Notes under the pieces: model-generated
Databases searched by the model: none
Seen by the model: the letters and a program-made list of their open reading frames with translations, nothing else
Told to the model about the DNA's origin: nothing
Translations under genes and position numbers: made by a program
Shown: in pieces, positions 30,603 to 40,987 of the stretch
How the letters are laid out: each line of letters begins with the position of its first letter
How positions within the stretch are numbered: the stretch's first letter is position 1
NCBI GenBank assembly: GCA_965249485.1
Contig: OZ252239.1
Span: 1,408,001-1,472,000 of the forward strand
Length of the DNA: 64,000 nucleotides
Reading direction: 5' to 3'
DNA from: a bacterium
GTDB taxonomy: Bacteria > SM23-31

Positions 30603-33600
30603 ATGAAAAAAACCGTTATATTTTTTTTCCTCCTGATCAGTTTTCTTCCCTTTTCTTCCCTTCTCGCACAGGGAACACTCACGACTTTTACTACTGCTGA
30701 CGGATTGGTAGATAATCGCACCTGGGTGATCGCATTTGACTCAGCCGGTACAAAATGGATGGGTACCACCCTAGGTATCAGTTCATACGACGGAACGACA
30801 TGGACGAATTTTACTAATGCTAATACAGGTGGTGGGCTATTAAGTGATAATGTGTGGGCAATGACAATTGACTCATCCGGTACATTATGGTTTGCCACAG
30901 GTGGTGGTGTCAGTTCATACAATGATACGACATGGACTGCCTTCACGACTGCTGACGGATTAGTGAATAACGATGTACGGGCAGTCGAAGTTGACCCATC
31001 GGGCACAATATGGTTCGGTACTCTTGGTGGTGTCAGTTCATACGACGGAACGACATGGACTACTTTTACTACTGCTGACGGATTAGTGAATAATGATGTG
31101 CTGGGAGTCGCAGTTGACTCAGCCGGTACAAAATGGTTCGCCACAAGCGGAGGTCTCAGTTCATTCGACGGAACAACATGGACGAATTTAACTACTGCTG
31201 ACGGAATAGTGAATGCTTTTGGTAAAGCAGTCGAAGTTGACTTAACCGGTACAAAATGGATCATGACAAATGGAGGTGTCAATTCTTATGTAACAAACTT
31301 AAACATAACAGCAACGACGTTAAGTGATACTCTTGCAGGAGGAACAAATGGATCGGTCACCCTTACTTTTACAAACCAGACATCGCTTTCGAGTGGGAAC
31401 GAAATAGCTATTACCTTTCCTTCGGGTTTTGATGTTTCGGGAGCTGGAATAAACGGTGGGAGCACTGTTGCCACAGGAAGCGATCCAACTGTAGAAGGCG
31501 TATCAGGACAGGTGGTCACCTTAAATGTTCATGACTCTCTACCTGCAGGATCACAGACAATTGTTTTAACCGGGATCGACAATCCTACGTCGACAGCTTC
31601 CGGATTATCGCTAACGGTCGTATCACAGGCGAACAATGGATCTGCGACGATCGATCAGGCGGATGCCACGCCAGTGACGTTTCTCGTCAGGGCACATTTA
31701 AATCTCACTGCCACGTCGCTGGACAATAGTTTCACGAACGCAACGGGGGTAACGGATACGGTTACGTTCACCACCATCACGCAGCTTGATTCATCTGATG
31801 AAATTGTCATCGATTTTCCCACAGGTTTTGATGTTAGCGGCGCTGCAATTGACGCGTCTACTGCCGCAACCGGCAGCGACCCCACTTTGGAGGGAGTCTC
31901 CGGTCAGATTGTCACCTTGAATGTACCCGATACATGGACTGGCGGTAGTCAGACAATCGTCTTAACAGGGATAGACAATCCCTCAAGTGCGGCTGGTGGT
32001 CTTAGCCTGGGAATAAAGAGTCAGTCGGACGGTGGTGGTGCCGATATTGACCTGCCTGACGAGACTCCGGTTACCTTCAGTATCGTACAGTCAGGAATTG
32101 ACCTTACCGCAACGTCGCTGAGCAACAATTTTACTCACGCCATCGATGTGCAGGTTACCATAATCTTCACGACTACCACGCCGCTTGTATCGACGAATGA
32201 GATTTCTGTCACGTTTCCAGCCGGTTTCGACGTCAGCGGCGCAGCAATTAACGCAGTAGGAACGGTTACATCGGGGAGCGATCCGACTGTAGAACCAGTT
32301 GCAGGTCAGGTGATTACTTTGAATGTGCCGGACGCATGGTCTACCGGTTCGCAGACCATTGTTCTGACGGGGATTGACAATCCAATCTCTGCATCCTCCG
32401 GAATATACCTGACAGTCGTATCGCAGACTGACGGAGCGGCGCTGACGTTGGATATAGCCGACCGCAGTCCTCCGACATTCGACATTAACCAGTCGTTCAT
32501 CAATCTTACGAGCACTACATTAAGCAATTCTTTTGAGAATGCGACCAACGTGATTACGACGTTTAAATTTACTAACACAACACCGTTGGTATCAACGGAC
32601 GAGATCGAGGTTTCGCTTCCTGCCGGATTTCGTTTCGTGAATCCTACCATCGATACATCGGCTAGCACGGTAAAGAGTGATACATACCCGGTTATTGAGA
32701 GTTCAATAGATAGTATTGTCATCTTGTCCATCCCTGACTCTCTGCTCGCAGGTTCTCAGACGCTTGAACTGACGGGCGTTGTCAATCCTGACACAGCTGC
32801 TGAAAATATTTTTCTGAATGTCATAACGCAGACAGACGGGGGAGCACTGGCACTCGACTTTGCGGACCAGACACCTTTCACCTTTGGAGTGGGAGTTATA
32901 TTGTCACTTGAATCAATTGAAACACAGAGTATCATTCCCGGAAAAACATTATCATTTCAATTAAATGCAACCTTGACAAACTAATGAAAGTACGATCATT
33001 TACCTCCAATTTACCTGATGATGCAGATGTTTCTTTCAATTCAAGTTCTGGATTGTTGACGTGGCAAACCGATTTCGAATCATCGGGATCATACCTTATA
33101 ACATTCACGGTTACAGACGGAACATTAAGCGCAACGAAATCGATCACACTGACTGTCAGTGACTTCGATTTGACAGCAGGTAATAATTTTGAACCTGATA
33201 CGTCGATTATAATGGGTGACGATGGCGGAATTGTACAAATCGGCGGTGGCGGTCTTTATACCAAGCATAAAGTAGATATTCCGCCCGATGCACTCCCGAA
33301 TGACCGGACAATTATTGTCCGGCCTGTATCAACCGATGACATCCCTCTTGCCGATCTTGCACGAGTACCTTCTGCGGTTAACTTTATTGTTGAAGGATTT
33401 GAAAGCGGTTTTACCTTTGACGATTCGGTAGAGATAACGATTGAATTTCAGGATGTTGAAATTGAAAATGACGAATCTAATATGCGTGTCCATATTTGAG
33501 ATTCTGTGTTAGAGTTATGGAAAAGATTGCGGGGCGACCACACTATCGATTTAGTCGCAAATACTGTCTCAATCAAAACAAACCACTTCTCTATTTTTGG

Positions 33601-34984
33601 AGTACTTGAGATAGAAGAATCTTCTGAATCATCACCGATATCGATCGGCTGGAATATGGTCAGTATACCTCTTGACCCGGACGACATCGATGATCCGCGC
33701 GATATTTTTGCAGACGACATTAAGTCGTTCAAGTTTGAAGAGAAGAATTCAAGCATTTATGAATACACTGAATCGACAGACTCATGGACGGTACCATCTG
33801 CTATCGAGAACGGTACCGGCTATATTCTTTATGGATTCAAAAGCGGTGATGTTGGGGTTGACGGTTTTAAAGAGACGGGAGATATATCACATTCTCTGAG
33901 TTTGACAAACAGCAACGGTTGGCATCTGCTCGGTAATCCGTATAGCGTTGCTATCGATTGGGACAGTGACATGACACTCGGTGGTGGCATCAGCACTACC
34001 TACTACCGGTGGACCGGTACGGAATACAAATTTTATCCCGGGGGCGGCCTTACCGCTGCCATAGCACCATGGGAAGGGTTCTTTGTCAATACGTCAGTGG
34101 ACGCGGAATCGTTTGACATTACCTATCCCGGCGTAAGTAAACGGTCGAACGATGACGAAACTATCCTGGACTGGCGAATCAGGTTCATTGCCAAGAGTGG
34201 TGACGTAGAAGACAGCCAGACCTATATCGGTATTTCCGATTTAGCCAATGCTGAGTACGATGAATTCGATAACTATGAGCTTGCATCTTTAAACGATGAA
34301 TTCGTATCGGTCTATTTTCCCCATACAGCATGGAGTCTCCGTCCGGGTAATTACACACAGGACATTCGTGTCATGCAGGGTAGTTCTCTAGAATGGACAA
34401 TGGCTGTTGCCGCACGGTCAACCACCGGAGCTGTTACACTGAACTGGACTCTGCCCGATGCAATAGATTCAGACTTCGATATAGTCTTAAATAACAACCG
34501 GACACAGGAAGCCATCGATATGCGTGAGCGGATCTCGTATACCTTCACGATACCCGTTGTGTCACAAAAGAGTTCGTCTGAGAAGCGTGCTCTCAGCCCT
34601 GACCCGATAGATATGACTCCGAAACTGAGTCAGGACGGCACGCATATTGAGTACTTTACAATAACACTCAGTACAGCAACAGACCAGGAATCAGCACTCA
34701 TTCCAACAACATACTATCTCAACCAGAACTATCCGAATCCGTTTAACCCTTCGACTACAATTGAATACGGACTTCCCGAATCGGGCCAGGTGGAACTGAC
34801 GATATTCAACGCACTCGGCCAAAAGGTAATGACGTTGGTCAACAAGGACCAGCAGGCGGGGATTCACCGTGTCGTATGGAATGGAACGAATGACCGGGGT
34901 ATTCGTGTAGCGTCCGGGATGTATTTATACCGGATCAAGGCGAATGGAACGACGAATATAAAGCGTTTACTCCTTATAAAATAG
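30603..34984 (+). CDS. Large secreted multidomain protein (beta-propeller repeats, 4 Ig-like repeats, putative Ig, ZU5/UPA-like region, C-terminal T9SS-type/FlgD-Ig domain), broken at ~32984 (frameshift) and 33497-33499 (TGA)
   Basis: Signal peptide MKKTVIFF; ORFs 30564..32984, 32984..33499 and 33506..34984 form one continuous architecture; the last two are in frame across HI*DSVLELW; C-terminus LNQNYPNPFNPSTTIEY...VASGMYLYRI. Confidence 0.82.
30680..31290 (+). repeat. Intragenic ~123-bp (41-aa) two-component-regulator-propeller-type repeats, about 5 copies
   Basis: ACTGCTGACGGA(T/A)TAGTGAAT recurs at ~30948, 31071 and 31194; protein unit FTTADGL.nn.V.....D.sGt.Wf.T.gGvsSydGttW. Confidence 0.85.
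31299..32890 (+). repeat. Four tandem 133-134-aa Ig-like repeats
   Basis: Units begin at 31299, 31698, 32097 and 32499 (LNITATTLS, LNLTATSLD, IDLTATSLS, INLTSTTLS) and share FP.GFDVSGA, GSDPT and GSQTIVLTGIDNP. Confidence 0.85.
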
Positions 34985-34996
34985 GAACGATCAATA

Positions 34997-35191
34997 ATGA
35001 AGAACTCTCTATACATAGTACTCACTATGACACTTCTGGGAGCACTCGCTCTCATTACAGGTTCAATAGATTCAGTGTTCGCCCAGCCCCCCGCTCCACC
35101 GGCTGCTCCTTCGGCACCGATCCCCTGGGGTGATCCGTTCATCTATACCGCTATAATCTTTGGGTACGGCTTATATAAATTAAGAAAATAA
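34997..35191 (+). CDS. 64-aa protein: signal peptide, Pro/Ala linker and PID-CTERM-like sorting signal
   Basis: ...SVFAQ|PPAPPAAPSAPIPWGDPFIYTAIIFGYGLYKLRK; AGGA upstream; 12 nt after the large secreted protein gene. Confidence 0.75.
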   Translation: MKNSLYIVLTMTLLGALALITGSIDSVFAQPPAPPAAPSAPIPWGDPFIYTAIIFGYGLYKLRK

Positions 35192-35613
35192 CACACGTAA
35201 ACCCTTCTCTTCATGTACTACCACACGTCCACTTTTTGCACTGTTTGAAGAGCATAACTTTAATGTATAATCTCCCCTCTCATTTCATCTCTGTTCCAGC
35301 AGGAATATTCGTCGCTTCTATCCACTCGAATTAAATAACCCATACAAGCAAATTAAGTTTGAATCGCTATCTATACTATATGCTCTTGGGGAGTTGTTTG
35401 GTAAGGCGACGAACGGAAAAGATTGAAAAATCCTAACTGTGGAAGAATGAATCAAACAACAAACGATGCATTTACGATGTGTCTAAAATCTGAAAAAGGA
35501 GGGGGGGGAATTCCTGGAAATATAAAAAGTATCTCTTAAATTATTAACAAATACTGTCCAACGTGTTCTGACGATGTGCAAATAGATAAAAGGACTTTGA
35601 ACATAACCTGCTT

Positions 35614-36945
35614 TTAAAGAGATTCTTTTTCTGGAGCAATATTTTTACTCGGTTGAACCTTATTAGTCACTTCTTTTATCTCGTGGTAATGTTCTTTGTA
35701 GAATTGTAAAAGGTGTGCAGTTGCCAAGATACATCGCGCATATTTACCTTCTTCAAACCCTTCGGTTTTCTGAACTATCGATACGGCTTTGAGAGATGTT
35801 TCGTAGTGTTCACAATCATTGCAATGGCTTTTACAAAGAAAAAGTGTTGGACTTTTAAATCCGGTCATCGGGTAGGGACGTGCATGATTTCCGCCGTTAA
35901 ATGTGCACATTTTTTGAAGAGTGTCCATTTCCTCGTAGAAATCGAATATATGGTTAAATTGCAATGCAAGAGTCAGGGCTTTTACGACAACCGTGTTCAA
36001 TTTGTTTTGAAGGGCCATGACATTCATATTATCAATAATACCGGAAATTTTTGATATTTCCTTAAATAGACCGGTTTCACGTAGAACATAACGATCAATG
36101 ACAATAATAAAATTTGCTATGAGATTGCCCGGATCAGTATTGTTGAGCAGAAATTCTTTTTTCCCCTTATTAAAATGAAAATCATTTATGTATTTCAATC
36201 CCAGAACAGAGTTTTTGGTCAATGTAATGCCTTGGAGATACTCATAGCTATTTAAATTGGCTTTTCGGTATAATCCCTGGAAGTGTGTGGGGCCTTCCCT
36301 AACCATGTCATTTATAGAGATTATTGAGCCCATAGAATAAAACAGCGCAGCCGTTACGAGATCGATGTAATCAGCCTGTTCGAGTGAAATTTCTTCCTGG
36401 ATTTGCGGACTCAAGGCTAAAGCATATGACAGGGTTGCGACGGAAAACGCTTGATTTAAAAATAAAGCGGCAGATTTATTTGGACAGGATTCTATAGTAT
36501 ACACCATTTTATATGCCGTAAGCAATAGTGCTTCGTCGCTGAAGAAGTCATTGAAGAATGCGAGGATTTTTTCTTTGTTAGTAGTCAGGAATTTAGAATG
36601 AATTTTATGCATTGCGCGGTGTGTGAGCAGTTTACCGACCCGTTTCAAAAGTTCAAGCTTAAACTTATCCATCAATTGGTCGCTACGTTTAATTTTTAAA
36701 TTCATCTCCCGTTTTGGATTACCCGCTTGAATATCGAGCAACCTTGCAATCTTATAGGGAGTAATCAATGTGCCGTTCGTGTAAAGCGTTACACCTTTGT
36801 CGGTTAACAGATCTTGTGCAAGGATTAACCCGTTATTAAAATCATCCTGACGTTTCGACTTGTAGTGGGACAATTTTATGAGAGAATCCAAACCGGTGAT
36901 ATCAATAATATCACTTTCTGGAGAAAATGTATCGAGAATGCTCAT
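35614..36945 (-). CDS. Degenerate HD-GYP-like protein with a Cys-rich C-terminus
   Basis: GLILAQDL....GVTL...GTLIT N-domain. NQAFSVATLS...LVTAALFYSMG aligns by eye to HS..V...AALLHDIG with HD replaced by YS. CKSHCNDC near the C-terminus. Confidence 0.55.
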   Translation of the reverse strand: MSILDTFSPESDIIDITGLDSLIKLSHYKSKRQDDFNNGLILAQDLLTDKGVTLYTNGTLITPYKIARLLDIQAGNPKREMNLKIKRSDQLMDKFKLELLKRVGKLLTHRAMHKIHSKFLTTNKEKILAFFNDFFSDEALLLTAYKMVYTIESCPNKSAALFLNQAFSVATLSYALALSPQIQEEISLEQADYIDLVTAALFYSMGSIISINDMVREGPTHFQGLYRKANLNSYEYLQGITLTKNSVLGLKYINDFHFNKGKKEFLLNNTDPGNLIANFIIVIDRYVLRETGLFKEISKISGIIDNMNVMALQNKLNTVVVKALTLALQFNHIFDFYEEMDTLQKMCTFNGGNHARPYPMTGFKSPTLFLCKSHCNDCEHYETSLKAVSIVQKTEGFEEGKYARCILATAHLLQFYKEHYHEIKEVTNKVQPSKNIAPEKESL

Positions 36946-37029
36946 ATAAGTTTTAAATTTGATTTAAATGAATTGAAATAATATAAAAAGATTTTGATAA
37001 AAGCTATTAAATTTACCGATTTGTTTTTT

Positions 37030-37593
37030 TTAAATATTAGAAAATATCTCCTCCAATATTTTCTTAATATTAAACGGCTTGAAGAGAACTCTCTCGGCAC
37101 CGACGGACATTGCATTTTCAACATTCTCATCATTTCCATAGCCAGTAATGATTACAACTTTTATGTGCTTAGTTCGAGGATTACTTTTTATTAATTCACA
37201 TACTTTGAAGCCATCCAACTTTGGCATCATAAGATCAAGAAATATAATATCGGGCATTATTTGTAATACAAGCAGACCTGCTTCAAAACCGTCTTTTGCA
37301 GTTGTTACATCTAAATTGTAATTTGTTGATTGCAAAGTATCGACCATCATTGCACGTATATCAGGATCATCATCAATAATCATAACCTTATATCTTTGCT
37401 GACCGATATCGTCAATAAATGGAAAATTGTTTTCTTTCATAAAATCAATAAGATCATCTTTAACTATTCTATTATGACCGCCAGGTGTTTTATATGATTT
37501 GAGCTTTCCTAATTTAATCCACCTGTTTATAGACATAAAACTTGTTTTACAAATTTTTGCAGCTTGGTAAGTTGTAAAAACTTCTTGTTCCAT
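37030..37593 (-). CDS. Response regulator with an N-terminal excisionase/BldC-like HTH and a C-terminal receiver domain
   Basis: FTTYQAAKIC..S...INRW...GKL.SYKTPGGHNRI; IIDDD, FLDLMMPKLDG, ITG and KPF motifs. Confidence 0.92.
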   Translation of the reverse strand: MEQEVFTTYQAAKICKTSFMSINRWIKLGKLKSYKTPGGHNRIVKDDLIDFMKENNFPFIDDIGQQRYKVMIIDDDPDIRAMMVDTLQSTNYNLDVTTAKDGFEAGLLVLQIMPDIIFLDLMMPKLDGFKVCELIKSNPRTKHIKVVIITGYGNDENVENAMSVGAERVLFKPFNIKKILEEIFSNI

Positions 37594-37637
37594 TGAATTC
37601 AATTTTATTTGTTAAGTATATTAAGATTATTAAGTAA

Positions 37638-37666
37638 TTTATACAATTTTACAATAAGAAAGTCAA
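37638..37666 (-). promoter_or_regulatory. Sigma70-type promoter of the response regulator
   Basis: TTGACT-N17-TATAAA on the minus strand. Confidence 0.6.
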
Positions 37667-37933
37667 GCCTTATTTACCTTCTGAATCGATTTAGAATATC
37701 TTGAACAGATTAAATCTTACTATTAAGATACAGTTTTGCTTTTGTTAGAGTGTTCTGACAATGTACTGAGTAACACAGATTATTCAAAAAGTTATAATTC
37801 AGTAATTTGTGAACAATACTCTTAGTAATTGAATTTTGAAATATATTTTTCTGTGCATATATTTAGTATCTCTTGATAATCGAAGGTTTGTTTGGTTAAT
37901 TAACAGTACTATAATAAGCAGGTTGAGGATATT

Positions 37934-38317
37934 ATGGAAAAAAATGTTGTAGGTTGGTTTGAAATTCCTGTATTAGAAATGGATAGAGCTATAAAATTCT
38001 ACGAGACAGTTTTTGGATATACATTGGAGAGACATACATTACCTCAGATTGACATGGCTTGGTTTCCCATGAATCCTGATGGAATGGGTGCAATGGGTTC
38101 CCTTGTTTATAACGAAAAGTTCTACAAGCCATCCACAAACGGAACGTTAGTTTACTTTACTGCAATCAGTGGTGATTTGGACAACGAACTACGCAAGGTT
38201 GAGAGTGCCGGTGGTAAGGTTACGATTCAAAAAACTAAAATCAGTGATGATCATGGATTCATGGCAAAGTTTATAGATACAGAGGGTAACGGAATTGCTA
38301 TTCACTCAAGAAAATAA
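37934..38317 (+). CDS. VOC/glyoxalase family protein
   Basis: WFEIPV..MDRAIKFY..VFG, GTLVYF and FIDTEGN.IAIHS motifs. Confidence 0.92.
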   Translation: MEKNVVGWFEIPVLEMDRAIKFYETVFGYTLERHTLPQIDMAWFPMNPDGMGAMGSLVYNEKFYKPSTNGTLVYFTAISGDLDNELRKVESAGGKVTIQKTKISDDHGFMAKFIDTEGNGIAIHSRK

Positions 38318-38340
38318 CGTTTAGAATACAAAGCTACGGT

Positions 38341-38900
38341 ATGGAAACAACAACAATAACCGCTTTTAACAGAAATGATTTTAGAAAGTGGTTAGAGGAA
38401 AATCACAACAAAGAAACTAAAGTTGGTATTATTTTGTGTAAACGGCACACTGGAAAACCAGCGCCTACTCACCGGGAGTTAATAGAAGAAGCGATTTGTT
38501 TTGGTTGGATTGATACAATTATCAAGAAATTGGATGACGATAGGTATTTGAGATATTTTTCAAGACGCAATAGCAATAGTAAATGGAGCGATAATACTTT
38601 AGGTTACCAAAAAAACTAATAAAAGATGGGAATATGACTCCTGAGGGTTTAAAGTTTTACAAACTTGGACTCAAAAAACCTACACATGATGATGGAATTC
38701 CAAAGAACCCCACAATGCCTCTTGAACTGAAAAGTGCCTTGTCAAACGATACAAAAGCTAAAGATATTTTTGATACATATCCTCCTTCTAAAAAGAAGAT
38801 GTTATATAGATGGATACTTCGTGCTAAGTTACCGGAAACACGTAAAAAAAGAGTTGCTACAGTTCTTAAGTCTACACATGACGGTACAAGTATATTTTAA
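38341..38900 (+). CDS. YdeI/OmpD-associated family protein, frameshifted at an A7 run (38609-38615)
   Basis: EEAICFGWID and FSRR..SKWS motifs; adding 1 nt gives ...KKLIKDGNMTPEG, continuing into 38634..38900 (WILRAK.PETRKKR). Confidence 0.85.
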
Positions 38901-39221
38901 TAATTTTACAATTAACAATACATTCAAATTATCAATTGTCCTGAATATACTGTTCTTCAATTCAGATCTGTACTAAGCATTTTAGAACTAGTGAGTATTA
39001 CGCAGATGATACTAATATCTTAAGAGGAAAGAATCATTATTCATTTAATTGAGCACGATATATATACAGACACGATTGTGCTTCTTTATCTTCTCATTGC
39101 CCCCATACCGTTTTCCTCTTGAATTTCCCCCTTAAATGTGTTATTCTATACCTCTGTTTTCAAACCGCTTATCTTCGGTTGAAACTGACAGGGTGTTATT
39201 ATAACGAAACAGGTTTTATAC

Positions 39222-40952
39222 ATGGGTTCCACAAATCAGAATACGGTCACCGCAGTACGGGAAGTGCTTGGACACGATCTCGTTGCAGAGTGGTTGAGTG
39301 CACATGATGTTGAGGCAGTGTTCAGCCTCCAGGGTGGTACTATAATGCCCGCAATGGATGCGGTGTACCGTGCAAAACTGCCACAATACTTTTTTATTAG
39401 AGAAGACGGTGCTGGATTCGCCGCACTCGGCTATGCAAAAGCATTAAATAAACCGGGTGTTCTCATGGTGAGTTCTGGGCCTGGTGCGACAAATACTGTT
39501 ACGCCGATATCTGATGCAATGCGTGACTGTATTCCGCTTGTTGTTTTTACCGGTCAGGTACCAACCACTGCCAAGGACACCGACGCATTTCAGGAAACCG
39601 ATATTACAAGTATTGTCGCGCCCATCACGAAAAAAACTTTTTATGTGGATTCCATCGAATCGCTGGAATCAGTGCTCGTCGAGGCATTTTCAATCGCGGT
39701 TAGCGGCAGACCTGGTCCAGTATTGATTGACCTGCCCAAAGATGTACAGTTCGATAAAACTGGCATGTCGTTTCCGGTTGAGCCATATACAAACAGTGTA
39801 GTTGAAGTTTCGTTCGATCCCGATAATAATTTCGATAAAGTTATCAATGCAATAAACAAAGCAAAAAAACCGGTCATCATTGCCGGTCATGGACTGATAT
39901 TGTCTCAGGCGACAGAACAGTTCCGTGAATTTGTTGATGCCACCGGTATTCCCGTTGTCCACACACTTCCGGCCAAAGAAGTGCTTCCGACAAAGCATCC
40001 CAATAATTTTGGTATGCTTGGTATGCACGGTGTCTATGCAGCGAGTGCTGCAGTCGAATATTGTGATCTCGTAATTTCTTTGGGCTCCCGGTTTGATGAC
40101 CGGATTACTGGAAACCCGAAGTTTTTTGCACCGGAGGCACAACACTTGATCCACTTTGACATCGACAAAGGGCAGATCGAGAAAGTACTGCCCGACCGGA
40201 AGCTTGCTGTTATCTGTGACTTGCAAGAGGGGATGAATGCCTTGTGTGAAAATGCCGGCTCGATAAAATACAAGGACACTTATTATCAATGGAGCAAAGA
40301 ACTCCGAACATTGCAGTCAGAACATCCGCATCCCAAAAGTCAATTTGCAGATTCAGACCTGCTCGACATTGGATATGTGTTTGAGACGCTGAATACGGTG
40401 ATCGACGAAAATAAACGTGATGAAATTTTTGTCACGGAAATCGGTCAACACCAGATGTGGTCATCACAAAGGCTTGTGACGGATGAGTCGAATATATTTC
40501 TCAGTTCTACGGGGCAGGGAGCAATGGGATCAGGATTCCCTCAGGCGATTGGTGCACAGATAGCATGTCCCGGCAGGCAGGTCATCTGCCTTGCTGGTGA
40601 CGGTAGTTTCAGGCTCAACAGCCCTGAACTCGAAACCATTGTCCGGTATAATCTCCCGGTAAAGATATGTATCTTCAATAATGGCGGTTATGGAATTGTA
40701 CGTCAATGGAACGAGACCTTCTTTGACAAACGGCTTGTCGGCGTCCTCCATCATGGATTTGATTTTGTCGGAGTAGCCCGGACATTCGGCATTGAAGGTT
40801 CAACCGTCGAATACAAAAAAGACCTCGAGCAAAGCTTCAAAAAAGCTTTTAATCATAAAGGCCCCTATATGCTGGAGATGAGAACCCCGTGGGAACCATG
40901 CCTCCCATTTGTCCCTCCGGGCACAAGTTTTTCCGAAATTATCGAAAAGTGA
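39222..40952 (+). CDS. ilvB: Acetolactate synthase large subunit-like ThDP enzyme
   Basis: SSGPGATN, GQV...DAFQE, GRPGPVLIDLPKD, GMLGMHG, RFDDRITG, GQHQMW and GDGSF...NN motifs. Confidence 0.85.
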   Translation: MGSTNQNTVTAVREVLGHDLVAEWLSAHDVEAVFSLQGGTIMPAMDAVYRAKLPQYFFIREDGAGFAALGYAKALNKPGVLMVSSGPGATNTVTPISDAMRDCIPLVVFTGQVPTTAKDTDAFQETDITSIVAPITKKTFYVDSIESLESVLVEAFSIAVSGRPGPVLIDLPKDVQFDKTGMSFPVEPYTNSVVEVSFDPDNNFDKVINAINKAKKPVIIAGHGLILSQATEQFREFVDATGIPVVHTLPAKEVLPTKHPNNFGMLGMHGVYAASAAVEYCDLVISLGSRFDDRITGNPKFFAPEAQHLIHFDIDKGQIEKVLPDRKLAVICDLQEGMNALCENAGSIKYKDTYYQWSKELRTLQSEHPHPKSQFADSDLLDIGYVFETLNTVIDENKRDEIFVTEIGQHQMWSSQRLVTDESNIFLSSTGQGAMGSGFPQAIGAQIACPGRQVICLAGDGSFRLNSPELETIVRYNLPVKICIFNNGGYGIVRQWNETFFDKRLVGVLHHGFDFVGVARTFGIEGSTVEYKKDLEQSFKKAFNHKGPYMLEMRTPWEPCLPFVPPGTSFSEIIEK

Positions 40953-40987
40953 CACTTTCCGTTTCAGCCTCGTAACACCATCTTTAT

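Noticed and set aside
30680..31290. Regularly spaced DNA repeats as a CRISPR array
   Set aside because: In-frame 123-bp coding repeats with similar intervening sequence and no cas genes
33497..33499. TGA at a Trp-expected position, suggesting an alternative genetic code or selenocysteine
   Set aside because: Trp is TGG throughout the window, TGA ends ordinary genes (14556-14558, 40950-40952), the position is not Cys-like, and TAA and TAG interruptions occur too
35498..35508. G8 homopolymer as a phase-variation tract
   Set aside because: Lies between convergent gene ends, not in a CDS or evident promoter
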